Shown here: positions 1 through 12,470 of the stretch, one piece after another
How the letters are laid out: each line of letters opens with the position of its first letter
Position numbering within the stretch: the stretch's first letter is position 1
DNA from: Schmidtea nova
Taxonomy: Eukaryota
Direction: 5' to 3'
DNA length: 64,000 nucleotides
NCBI GenBank assembly: GCA_044892505.1
Contig: CM097882.1
Coordinates: forward strand, 100,254,001 to 100,318,000
Notes under the pieces: model-generated
What the model was told of the DNA's origin: nothing
What the model saw: the letters and a program-made list of their open reading frames with translations, nothing else
Database searches by the model: none
Program-made: the position numbers and the translations under genes

Positions 1-1835
1 ACGTGTTTTAACTGCCTTAATTTCGGCGTGGTCACCAGTAACTATCCTAATATCAGACATCAAGAATAAAGAATTGAACAACTTAATATTTATTTTTAAA
101 AACCACTCCTTCTTGTTGATTATTAAAACAACATTGTTTTTTTAATAATCATTACATTACTTACACTGATTGCAAAATTTAATAATCAATATTATAACAA
201 AGATTTAAACATGATCTTGTGGAGAATTAAATTGTGAATTGAAAAAGATATAGATTTCTTGAAAATAATCTAGCGCACAGGTAAAAAACTTGAAGTGAAT
301 ATAATACGAAAAAATTAAATTCAATATTTTTATAAACATTTATATACCATCTTGTAGAGAAATAATTTTCAAGTAGAATGATGTAATAAAATGTTGAAAC
401 ATTATTCGGGCACCTATAAAAAAGATGAAGTGCATAGAGTGCTAAAATTAAAAATTAATTTAAACGAAAGATTTATATACCTACTCGTATAGAATTAATT
501 TTTAAATAAATGACTTATAAATCTCTTGAAAATAATTTCGACCATCTATAAAAAGTTGAAGTGCAGTGTGCAAAATAAAAAATCAATTCATTTCATCATA
601 GTTTTCACATCATCAGAAAGAACAGTGGATTATCATCTATTGTTATCAAAATTAATTTGATAAAATGTTTCAGTTAACAGGAAAAACAAAATATTTCAAT
701 ATCACTAATTTCCAAAATGTTTATTAACCAAAAGGTGAAGCCTTTTGCTTTGAGTCTAATGATATTAAGCACATTAAGATTTGTCGATTGGATTACTAAG
801 AATTTTGAAATTAGTGAAAATTAATAATCGACTCATGGACCCATTTTCGTAAAAGGATTTTGAAGTTTTTTCTTGAAAAAAAATCGTGAAATTATTTTTC
901 ATAGATTTTTCATAATTTTCAATCGCGAACTGCGCCAGAGTTAACTGGGACAACATCCGCTATAAGATCTTACAACAAAAATTCTCGAACGATTTTAGTA
1001 TCCCTGTAACAACCGTGAATTAAACCGTGATTTGTAAAAAATGAACTAATAAAAATATAGCGGAAACCATTATACAAAGGCGCGGAAATGTGATTCGCGT
1101 GATAATGATTTTAGAGTTTTTATGGAGCGGTCATAGATAACACATTCAGGTATTGACAGCATCTTTTGAAATTAGGTAAATCCCAATAATATATACAAAC
1201 ACAAATACAAACAAACATAAAATTCTTTTTATTTATTATTTAAATGTCACTTTAAATTGGAGTGAAAATTGTGTAGAGATAGATTCCCAACTTTTCTGAT
1301 CCTAAAGCATGATAAAAATATGAAATAATTTTGAATTTTTATTGGAATAATTTCTGTAGAAAATACAATTGAATTTTGTTTAATGCAATGTACCGGTAAT
1401 TCAATTTTTTGTTTAATTCAATTTAATAGGCAACCACAAAGCTAAGTAGATAAACTGATTTGTTTAATTTTATTTTCTGAATAATATAAGTTATAGTTAA
1501 TACCATTATTTCTACTAAACTGACCATCGTATTTGAAAGTCATTTTCGCAATCTGTAATATGATATACAACAGGCGTGCCAATTACGTCGATCGCCAATA
1601 ATATATAATAATTAATTTATATTCCCTTATAATTAAAGATATTCAACAACGATTTAACACTATAGTAACCCTGGAAATAATTACTGACAATAAATAACAT
1701 TTATTTAAATAAATTTTCTTCTGCGTTGCGATTTGAATGTGCTTCTTCATATTGGTAAAAGTGCTGTTTATTTGAACTTTCTTCTTTTTTGTACATTTAA
1801 ACACGAACTAATTAATTTTTATAAACAATTCATAT

Positions 1836-1842
<7 letters not shown>

Positions 1843-1902
<60 letters not shown>
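1843..1902. repeat. (TA)n microsatellite, left flank of Gypsy element 1
   Basis: Uninterrupted TA dinucleotide run directly before the 5' LTR. Confidence 0.95.
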
Positions 1903-1907
<5 letters not shown>

Positions 1908-2136
1908 TAATTATAATGGGATATTTGATTTCCCTAACCCTTATTATATATTGTGTAATGCTTGCATGTGTGATTGATTATGCTTGATTGACTGGGTCCT
2001 CATATGACATCATTGTTTATTATTTCCCAAGTAAATATTGCTGATTGTGCTGGTGTCGGCACACCGGGTATTATAAATAGTACCGAGATTTCTTAAATAA
2101 ATTTTCAGAACTTCAAAAGTTATTCTTATTCTTAAA

Positions 2137-3292
2137 ATGGCGACCACGCTTTCAACTTAGGAATTATTACGGATTCTCCCACAACCGAAAATCTATTCAA
2201 TTGGAGACGATTTGGAAGAGTTTATTGAGATGATTGAATCATATTTTTCAATAGTTCAGTAAGACAATAATCAAAGAAAGGTAATTGTTTGAGCTTATTT
2301 GGACGAAAATTGCCGCAACAAATATGTCAAGATTCCAGATGAAGAAGATTATGCGAAAAGGCTTATATAAACATACGAAGTAAACTAGGATTTAGCTAAG
2401 GATTTGGAAAATTTGCTAAATTATCGAAAAAGAGAAGATGATGCAGAAACTTACATCAGTAAAATTGAGAATGGTGTTCAGAAAATTCTGAAGCACAAGC
2501 TAACAATGTCAAATTTGACAACATTCTTCCTAAAGCAGTATTGATAATGAAGAAAAAAACGTGAAATAAAAAGATATGAAATGACGGAAGATTTGCTGAA
2601 AGTAAAATTATCGAAAGAAGATTTAAGAAATGAGGGAGAGTCAGTACAGAAATGTCCAATGGCAAATAAATATATTAAAAGAATTTTACAGAAAATGGAT
2701 GAAGATAAATCAAAGATACAACAAGTTTCAGCGGTTAGAAATGCCTCTTACGCGTGAAATTGTGAAAAATGGTAGATACAATTCCAATGAAAAAAGAAAT
2801 AATTGTGGAAATCAGCGAAATCAAAGTGATAAGAAAAATCAATTTGCAAAATTACAAAGAAATCAATTTCAAGGACGATCAGATTATCAAAGGAATTTTA
2901 GTAGAAATTTCAGTGGAAGACATAAAAATGGAAACAATTATCAAAATCGAAGTTCAGATCAATATTAAAAATTGCAATGTTACGCATGCTGTGAAATTGG
3001 TCATATTCGTAAGGAATGCCCAAATATTCGTTGTTCGTGTCGTAGAAAAGCTGGTCATTTTCAGAAACAAAATCCCTACGGGATGAGATTTCAAAGAACT
3101 TTGAATCAAAACAATGGGAATTCGAATCGATACAATCGAAGTTCTAATCAAGAAAATGATCGAAACAATGGAGAACATGTGGCTGCAGTAGATGAGGACG
3201 AATCAAGAGACTATGATGGACAGTCAGAGACATCGGGAAATGCCAAAGCTCTGAGCAGAGGATATATGTTAGGAGCGATAAATCACATGTAA
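2137..3292 (+). pseudogene. gag: gag of Gypsy element 1 (stops and frameshifts)
   Basis: Starts ATGGCGACC over the PBS. Contains the CCHC knuckle CYACCEIGHIRKECP (ORF 2972-3292) and a decayed second knuckle; several in-frame stops. Confidence 0.8.
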
Positions 3293-3599
3293 GCAATGAT
3301 AATTTTTTGAGGTCTGTAAATGTTGAATGTAATGATTGTTTGGTTGATTGTTTGTTTGTTTGATAATGTTAATGTTGATTCTTTCCCCAATCAAAAATAT
3401 GATAATGATTTTTATTTAATTAATAATTGTAATAATGAACAAAATGAGAATGACTGTATATTTGTGAGTGATTGTTATAAAAATGATTGCATTTTAAATA
3501 TATTTAAAAAAAAATTAAAGTTACCGAGTGTAAATGTTATTAAAGATATATTTGATATAGGATATTGTAAGGTAGATGGTAGACCATTTAATAATGTTT

Positions 3600-6470
3600 A
3601 ATTAAATAATGTGACTTTTAATTCATTATTTGACACAAGAGCAAAAATAAGTGTTTTATCTAAAATGATTGCTGAAAAATTGAATTTAAAATATTTTAAT
3701 GAATTTTAGAGTTCAACAATAAAGAAATAAATGGAGAATTTTTCGTTGCACAGGAATATACCCAGAAGTAATTATAGGAATAGATATATGGAATTCTTTA
3801 AATAATAAGTGAGTTGAATTTTGTAATGAAAATGTCCTCAGTTTGCAAGCAAAATTTGGTAATAATTTAAAATTAAATAATAAAAATAAATTTATTAATG
3901 AAATATTGAAAATTGAAAGATGCAATCCGATATATGAAATAGTTATTGAATTCTCAGATATGTTTATGTGTAATAAATGGGATATAGGCAAAACAGATAT
4001 TTTAAAGCACAGAATAGAAACTAATTGCAATCCAATACCAATTAAGCCACGGCGACAACCAATGCACTATGAGAAAAAACTAGAGGAAATTGTTAAAAAC
4101 CTAAAAGAAAATAAAATTATAGAGAAATGCGAATCACCTTGGAATTCACTAATAGTATGTGTGCCAAAAAAGAGAACTTCTGAAATTCGAATGTGTTTGG
4201 ATTTTAGGATTTTAAATTCAAATACAGTTAGACCAGCTTTTTCAATTCCAAATGTTGATGAAATGCTAGATTCTTTGTATGGGGCCGAATAATTTTCGTC
4301 GATCGACTTAGGAAATGCTTATTATCAAGTTGAATTGGATGAAGAGACTAAATTGAAAACAGCATTTTCTACAAGACAGGGCCAATTCTGCTTTAATAGG
4401 ATACATTTTGGAATAGCTGCCGCACCATCAACGTTTCAAAAACTTATGACATTAATAGTTGGAGATAGGATGTGGAATGAAACATTAGTCTATTTAGATG
4501 ACATCCTGATCTTTTCGAAAACTATTGAAGAACAAAAAGAAAGAATAAATAAGCTTTTCCTTAGAATTAGAAAATCTGGACTAAAAATTATCCCTGAGAA
4601 ATGCAAGTTCCTAGTATCTGAATTAAAGTTTCTTGGACATATAATTAATGAAAAAGGTATTAAAACAGATGAGTCTAAGATTGAAACAATTAAAAATGTA
4701 AAGCAGCCTAATTGTGTGAAACATCTTAGGAGCTTTTTAAGATTGTGTAATTCTATAGGAAATCTATTCAAAATTACTCAAAAGTAGATAGGCCATTGGA
4801 ATAATTAATTGGAGGTAAAAGCAAAAGTATTATTTGGACATCACAATGTCAAAAAGCTTTTGACGAGTTAAAACATAATTTGTTGAGTACACCATTACTA
4901 TGTCATCCGAATTTTAATAAAACGTTTATTTTAGACACCGATGCTAGTTTTGATTGTATTGATGCTGTTTTATCGCAGAGGTGACAATAATGAAGAAAAA
5001 ATAATCGCATATGGTTAAAAAAGTATGAATAAACATGAAATTGGGTACTGTATAACAAGAAAGGAATTATTATCTGTTTTCTATTTTACACAGCATTTAC
5101 AGAAAAAAAATTTATTTTAAGAACTGATCATAATGCAATCACATTTATGTTAACTACAAAAAAACCAATTACTGCTCAGTTTCAAAATTGGATAAATTTT
5201 TTAAGTAGTTTGGACATGAAATTAGAATATCGCAAAGGTGAGAAACACAATAATGCGGATGCACTATCACGACTAAATATTGGAAATTACACACAATGTC
5301 AGATGAATCATATTGATGCTAAAGCAGAAAACATTAAAACTAAAATTTTAGCAATGTCGATGGAAGATCAAACATTTAAATAGCAAGGTAATTATGAAGA
5401 AATAATGAAAATAAAAGAAAAAATTCTGAATGGCAAAACTGAAGATTATTATGTGGGCAATGGAATTATTATGACTCATAATAATAAAATATATATTCCT
5501 TCATATATGAAAAATGATTTTATACTAGAAATCCTTAAAGAATTGTATCATGCAGGAATCAACAAAACGACAAGCTACGTAAAGAATTATTATAATTTCC
5601 AAGAAATGGACAACACAACGTGTGAAATTTGCCAGAAACGTAAAACATTCACTGTAAAACAAAAGAAGTTATTGAAAATTAATTGTGCATGAACCATTTG
5701 AAAAAATATATATTGATTTTTGTGGCCCCTTTAAAATGACACCATCTGACAAAAGATAAGTGATGGCTATAATAGATCATGTTAGTAAATATATAGTATT
5801 AAAAGCTGTATGAACACAAGAAGAAAAGACATTAATTGCTAATGTGGAAAGTTCGTGGATATTGAAGTTTGGACGGTCAAAGGAAATTCATGTTGATAAT
5901 GGAAAATGTTTCGAATCCCAAACTTTTAAAAATATGGCAGTAATATATCACTTGAAGATTGTTTATTCAAGTCTTTATCATCATCAATCTAATGGACAAA
6001 TTGAAAGGCAATTTAGAACTCTAAGAGTGGATTTCCTGCTGTTTAGAAGAGAAACAATTTAAGACATGGGAAGAAGCATTGCCTCATATAAAATTTGCAA
6101 TGAATTCAACAATGCAGTCAAGTATAAAAGTTAGTCCTGTTGAAGTAATTTATGTAAGGAAATTTTGCAAAGAGCGTTTTACTAATGATCCAGAAATTAA
6201 CGCTAAAGAACGAAAGAAACATGAAATAGCATTGAATATTAAATCATTGAACCGTATAAATAATTATAATCAGGAAATTCGAATACATAGATCTTTTGGA
6301 GTCAGTGAATTGGTACTCGTCAAGGAAGATCTCAGAAACAAGTAAGATAACAGGTATTGCGGACCTTTTGAAATAATGGAAAAATATAATAAAAATAGTT
6401 ATTTATTAAAGAATAATAATAATAATAAATGTATTACTAGAAATGTGGAATGGCTAAAGCCATTTAAAAC
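3600..6470 (+). pseudogene. pol: pol of Gypsy element 1 (protease, RT, RNase H, integrase; broken)
   Basis: Protease LFDTRAKIS (DTG mutated), RT SPWNSLIVCVPKK..MCLDFR and YLDD, RNase H FILDTDAS and NADALSR, integrase YHHQSNGQIER, spread over several frames. Confidence 0.9.
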
Positions 6471-6710
6471 GAGGGGGATGTGATGTAATTATAATTTGAT
6501 ATTTGATTTCCCTAACCCCTATTATATATTGTGTAATGCCTGCATGTGTGATTGATTATGCTTGATTGACTGGGTCCTCAGATGACATCATTGTTTATTA
6601 ATTCACAAGAATCTATTGCTGATTGTGCTGGGGTCGGCACACCGATTACTATAAATAGGACCAAGATTTCTTAAATAAAGTTTCAGAACTTCAAAAGTTA
6701 TTCTTATTCT

Positions 6711-6714
<4 letters not shown>

Positions 6715-6786
<72 letters not shown>
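6715..6786. repeat. (TA)n microsatellite, right flank of Gypsy element 1
   Basis: TA run directly after the 3' LTR. Confidence 0.95.
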
Positions 6787-6792
<6 letters not shown>

Positions 6793-8189
6793 ATGAAGGC
6801 ACTACAAACACTATAAAATGAAAAGTGCGTGCATTATACGAGTGAGCGATTGATTTCTATTTTAATCTAAATTTAGTTTATAACATTTTAATAATAATCT
6901 TTTTTTTATTTACTTATTATATTTTTTAAATAAAACTTCTCTTACATTAAATATTTAGAAAAAGTAGATCACTGAGAATTTATATTGACAAAAGTAAATT
7001 TTATGTATAGTGGGTGGATATCCATGATGTTCAGTCTGATTCAAAATTCGTTTATAGTCTAAAATCAAATTGTATATAATATTACAGATTGCAAAAGTGC
7101 AATGCCGGTGGTTAAGCAATAGTCCAGAAAAATTGCTTAAATGCAATGCCCGTGAGTTAAGTGTTAATTTCAAATAAATTGACTTTCTATTAAGAAACTA
7201 ATTGTAACCCGTGAAAATTTGCATGATGAACCGTCACAATTTAAATTACATTTCTCATAGATCAGAAATTACATTTTAATTAACTATGTATTTTAAAAAT
7301 ACTACGATTGCGGCAAACAATGGTAACTTTATATTTTATTGATTTTAAATAATAATTAATAATTAAATTCATTTATATATTAATTAAATATAATTAGTAA
7401 CACAAAATTACTTAAGCGTTTAAAATAAAAAGGAATTGCTGTACGGACATACTTACAATGGTAATTATATTATTTGACAATACATTTTTTTAGTTTATTA
7501 AACGTGCAGAAATTGGATTTGCCTCCATTAAATTATGTGTGAAGGAAATCCCAAGTTTCTGCGCAGTATTGTAGATTTACTACAGATTGTAAAACCTTAA
7601 ATATTATAGATTGTGTAAGCTCTATTTTATTAATGTTCAAACTAATTAAATTTTACTATAAAAAGAAAAAATCATGCATTTAAAGGTTAAAAGAAAATTT
7701 TGGAGACAACAATATATTATGACTCATGAACAAGATAAATTAAGTAAATACTTTAATTAAACACGTCCATCCTTACATTACGGAGCATACAACTGTGGAC
7801 CTTCTAATAATCATTGTGCAACTTTCAATAATATAAGGTAATATACATTACTAAATATTATTTTTTATAATTATATTATATTACTCTAACATATTTTAGA
7901 ATTTTTTTAACATATCTCAGTGGTTGCTACCAGTGATGTGATATCTGGGACTTAAAAGGGCTCGAGGAAAGTCGTTGGTAAAATACTAAATTTGGAAAAA
8001 TATTTGAAAATTCACTTAATTTTGATTTACTACTAATTTTAAAAACTTTTTATTTTATTTTCACACTAGTTCATTTGATTTGGCACGAGCAGTCCAAATT
8101 TTAAAAAAAATATTTATTTTATATTCTAAAAAGAATTTATATAATTATACATATACAATAACAATAATAATAATAATAATAATAATAAC

Positions 8190-8389
8190 AATAATTCTCA
8201 TAATGACTATAGATCAAAATTTTTTTTTATAAACAATAACACAATATTTCGGCACAGCCTTTATCAAATACACACTTGATAAAGGCTGTGCCGAAATATT
8301 GTGTTATTGTTTATAAAAAAAAATTTTGATCTATAGTCATTATTAGAATTATTGATAATAATAATAAAAAAAGATCAAAGGTGAAAAAA
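8190..8389 (-). repeat. Foldback palindromic element, family A (copy 1)
   Basis: Near-perfect inverted arms of about 80 bp (AATTCTCATAATGACTATAGATC...CGGCACAGCCTTTATCAA) around an 8-nt loop, plus a one-sided tail AAGATCAAAGGTGAA. Confidence 0.85.
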
Positions 8390-8640
8390 NNNNNNNNNNN
8401 NNNNNNNNNNNNNNNNNNNNNNNNNNNNNNNNNNNNNNNNNNNNNNNNNNNNNNNNNNNNNNNNNNNNNNNNNNNNNNNNNNNNNNNNNNNNNNNNNNNN
8501 NNNNNNNNNNNNNNNNNNNNNNNNNNNNNNNNNNNNNNNNNNNNNNNNNNNNNNNNNNNNNNNNNNNNNNNNNNNNNNNNNNNNNNNNNNNNNNNNNNNN
8601 NNNNNNNNNNNNNNNNNNNNNNNNNNNGCAGCATTAGGTA

Positions 8641-8760
8641 TTAAATTAATTAATAAATAAGTAACAAAATAAGCCTTTGCTGCAAAAATAATTTTATTAA
8701 GTGAGAAAATTATTTTTGCAGCAAATGCTTATTTTGTTACTTATTTATTAATTAATTTAA
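8641..8760. repeat. Second foldback palindrome (family B)
   Basis: TTAAATTAATTAATAAATAAGTAACAAAATAAGCCTTTGCTGCAAAAATAATTTT followed by its near-exact reverse complement; a partial relative lies at about 23205-23265. Confidence 0.75.
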
Positions 8761-9858
8761 AACTAATAATAATGCATTAAAGGAATGAAATACCCTAAAC
8801 ACCACAATAATGAAATATTTATTAAAAATATCTATCAGATCTTTTCTTTATTTTATCATTTAAAGTTTTACGATAATGTTACTGTTTTCCAATTTAAAGC
8901 CCGTGGGCCGCATGAGCCTCAGTGCTATAATAAAAACGGTCCAACATAAAATCGTAAACTTTCTTAAAATTTTGAAAATTTTGTGTACTTAGTTATTTAA
9001 NNNNNNNNNNNNNNNNNNNNNNNNNNNNNNNNNNNNNNNNNNNNNNNNNNNNNNNNNNNNNNNNNNNNNNNNNNNNNNNNNNNNNNNNNNNNNNNNNNNN
9101 NNNNNNNNNNNNNNNNNNNNNNNNNNNNNNNNAAATGAAGAATAAAGATTGTTTTTGAAACTCTTGGTCTTCTAGCACATAGATATAATGACAAACAACA
9201 AATTTATCGTGTGACATGAGCATGCGAATAATCGAAAACAAATGATAATTAAAAGACTTAGATACAATATTTACAAATTTAATTTGCTCTGATAAGGGCA
9301 GATAGTACAAACAGAACACCAACGAAAACAAATAAAAATACATTCTAATCCAATCATATCACTACGATTTCAAATTAGCACACAATATTTTCAACTATTT
9401 CCAATGAAATCACAAAACATGTCACGTGAGTGCTTACTTATAACAGATTTTATTTGGAAAATGTATATAATAATGTTATAAAATGTAATTTAATTTAGTA
9501 ATAATCAGTTTTCAAACACGGTAGAAAACTTCTAACATCCGGTAGTTTGTTTTTTGTTGATAACATTTCTACCGGTCAAAAATGATATGTAATTAGTGCG
9601 GTAAAAAAATTAATTTAAAATAATTTAAAGTGAATTTAAATATCGTACTATTGCTATTATTCATTATTTTCGCAGTTTTAAACGTGATTTTAGAAATGTA
9701 TAGTTATAAAATCACGCTCAAATTAGTGCAACATTTGAATTCCCTTTTAATTATTTTACATTAAAAATACATATAAAACTAGCAACAATACAAGCTTGCG
9801 AGCTGTATAAATTTTAAAAACCATTGCCATTCCAGTTTTACTTATAGATTATATTGAG

Positions 9859-10577
9859 CAGGGCGGAATTTCAAAATTTGGACCCCTGTTTAAACTATAT
9901 TTTACCCAAATTTTTTTATTTACTAAAAGACAGTACCTGGTGTTATTTATTTTTAATTATTACAAATGAATAAATGCATCACCCGCTATTAACTATAAAT
10001 GGAATGAAATGCTGACTCTCGTATCATGTAAATATCGATAACTTATTGGTAAAAGCTCTTTTGATTAAATAAGCTAGTAATTCAGAAATAAATAAGAAAT
10101 GAAAAGTAGACTTAAATCTAATTGAAAAATGAAAACTTTCCTTTAAAAGTGGAACTTACCCTTCAAAATTTATGAAGTCGAATGCGTAATAAATAAAGTG
10201 TTTGCTAATAATTCTTATAAGCTTTATACAATGTTATAAAAATATGATAGTTCATAGCTGATTGCAGTTTGTTTCAATTGCACATACAATTGCAGAAACC
10301 TTAAAGCTTTTCACTTCGAAGATGGAAGTCCGGTGCTTTTATTGAATTTATATCAAAGAAACAAATCAGTGCTTTTATTGAATAGTACAAAAGTTAAAAT
10401 TTAGAGAATATAATTTTATATTTGTGGGCCCACTATAATAAATGCAGAAAAACGTTTCAGGTTTTATGTACATATATAAAAAATATATTGTACAATTTCT
10501 TTAAATGATAATTTTAGGCCCCTATAGCTCGTGGCCCCCTGCAACGCGGGGTCCTACGTTCAATTATTCTGCCACTG
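9859..10577. mobile_element. Non-autonomous hAT-type element
   Basis: Termini CAGGGCGGAAT / ATTCTGCCACTG; degenerate 8-bp TSD ATATTGAG / GTATTCAG (6 of 8). Confidence 0.6.
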
Positions 10578-11527
10578 GTATTCAGTTGAGCACCCTTGGA
10601 AATTTATTTATTACAAAGATAAGTTTGTAAATATGTGTGAAAAGTTTATCGTTTATGGTTTTGCTTGTGCCGAAGTACAGTTAAAGAATATTAAGTTTGT
10701 TAACTATGTTATTTCGAGTGGGCAAACTTTCTGTAATTGGCGCTGGTACGTGACCCATCTCCGCCACTCCCGCTTCTATCGGTACATTTCAGGTTACCTG
10801 TCGGTCGGACTAATAATGGAAGATTATATATATATATATATATATATATAAATATATTAGGTCATTAAGTATGAAATGTCGGATTTTCAAAATCCAAAGT
10901 TTGACATTTGATATTTTAAATAATTTAGCTCGAAAGTTATTTGTTTTTGTTTTACTGCGTAAATAGGTAATTAATTTTTATAGCGCATATTTAAATATCT
11001 GATTATATTAAAAATTGGCATTCGTTGAGCAACTTTTCTAAACAATGGATATTTCAAAATTTAAATGGATAGTGTGTTACTCGTCAAAAATGACGGAATT
11101 TTTCGAAATAAATATATTTCAGCTGAAATAAAATAAATTTTGAAAAGTTACATAATAGAATAAACAAATAATTCAATACAACAATTCCTTAATTACAACA
11201 TTTTTTGTGTATGTTCTCGCATTATGAAAAAAAAACTCCTTGAAGGAATGCATTTTTAATGAATACTCTATGATTTTCATGATTTCTCCCTCGAGTTAGA
11301 GCAACATACAACTGTCCATAATTTTTTTATATCATCAATCTACTTTAGAATATTGTCGATCGTTCTATTGTTACAAATCAATTTTTTTGCATAACTGCAT
11401 TAACTTTTTCCCATCCAAAGTATGTTTTTCATAACACGTAAAAAGTATGTATAAATTAACTTATACACCGTTGAAAAGCTTTTGAAAAGATCTTTAAAAC
11501 ACTTTTTGTTTGAGCTTTCTATCTTAA

Positions 11528-11757
11528 CCCTTAACCAGGTAATGGTAATACCCTTCCCACATAAAAAAATACATTTTACCGGGCAATGGTTGTGAATTTC
11601 CCACAAATGTCAAAAGCGTTATAACCTAAATATATCATCTATGGTTACGAAGCGGCAACACTGAATTTATCAGTTGGTTAATGAATTTGGTTAAGTAATT
11701 TGATTGCACAAATACATTTTTAATAAGTTTGCTATATATCTGTGGCCTGGTTAAGGG
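11528..11757. mobile_element. piggyBac-type MITE
   Basis: 12-bp TIR CCCTTAACCAGG / CCTGGTTAAGGG, TTAA on both sides. Confidence 0.8.
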
Positions 11758-11841
11758 TTAAGAAATGAAAAAGTTATGAGTTAGCGAAAACAGCGTTACA
11801 CACAAACAAACAAATAAACATACATCGGATATTATATATGT

Positions 11842-11888
<47 letters not shown>

Positions 11889-12470
11889 TTTTATTTTTCT
11901 TTTGTCATATTTGCTATCACAAAAGTACATAATTTTATATTTTTAAATTAATTCTTTTTAATAATAAATTTATTTGATGCTACCTTTTAGGTTTTCCCAT
12001 AATAAAATAACAATTATATTTTTTCTCTAGATTTTTTTCAAAAGAGTCATAAAATTTCTTCTCCGTAAAATTTTAAAATAAGTGCTGATGATGTAAAATA
12101 AGAAAATAGGTCCATTTAGGAATAATAGAAAGAAGATGTGGCGGCGCATTATTAGCAGAGCTGATGGTAGAGGAAAGGTAAACTGTTAAAATATATAGAA
12201 AATATTTGAAATTGGGAAAAAGTGAATTGAAATCCACGCCTGATTGTAAAAATAAAATCTTGACAGATGCCAAGATTAAAAATTAAATTTGAAAACTGAT
12301 TTCCTGTGGAATGAAAAATTCTCTAAATAAAATTTATTGAAGATTGTGACAGTTAACGACAAATACTCCAAACTTTTTCCTAGTTAGATTTATCGCTACC
12401 ACGTAAGAAGAAACAGGAAAAGAGATTCATACGGAATAGACAAGATAAATAAGTTCAGAATGTATTCTAT

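Larger units (their letters stand above)
1903..6714 (+). mobile_element. Degenerate Ty3/Gypsy LTR retrotransposon (element 1)
   Basis: Direct repeats of about 233 bp at 1903-2136 and 6481-6714 (about 17 mismatches by eye). PBS TGGCGACCACG at 2138, polypurine tract AAAACGAGGGGGA at about 6465-6478, and gag-PR-RT-RH-IN order between them. Confidence 0.93.

Noticed and set aside
240-600. Degenerate repeats of about 130 bp containing AAAAGxTGAAGTGCA
   Set aside because: Too diverged to delimit; probably an old satellite or transposon remnant.
1733-1987. YI-repeat ORF
   Set aside because: Translation of the (TA)n microsatellite.
7440-8000. Exon-like blocks with GT/AG borders
   Set aside because: Stops in all frames and no recognisable family; cannot be supported as a gene.
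8311-9343. ORFs spanning N tracts (also near 13961, 16693, 18763, 19161 and 28058)
   Set aside because: They are open only because N hides stop codons.
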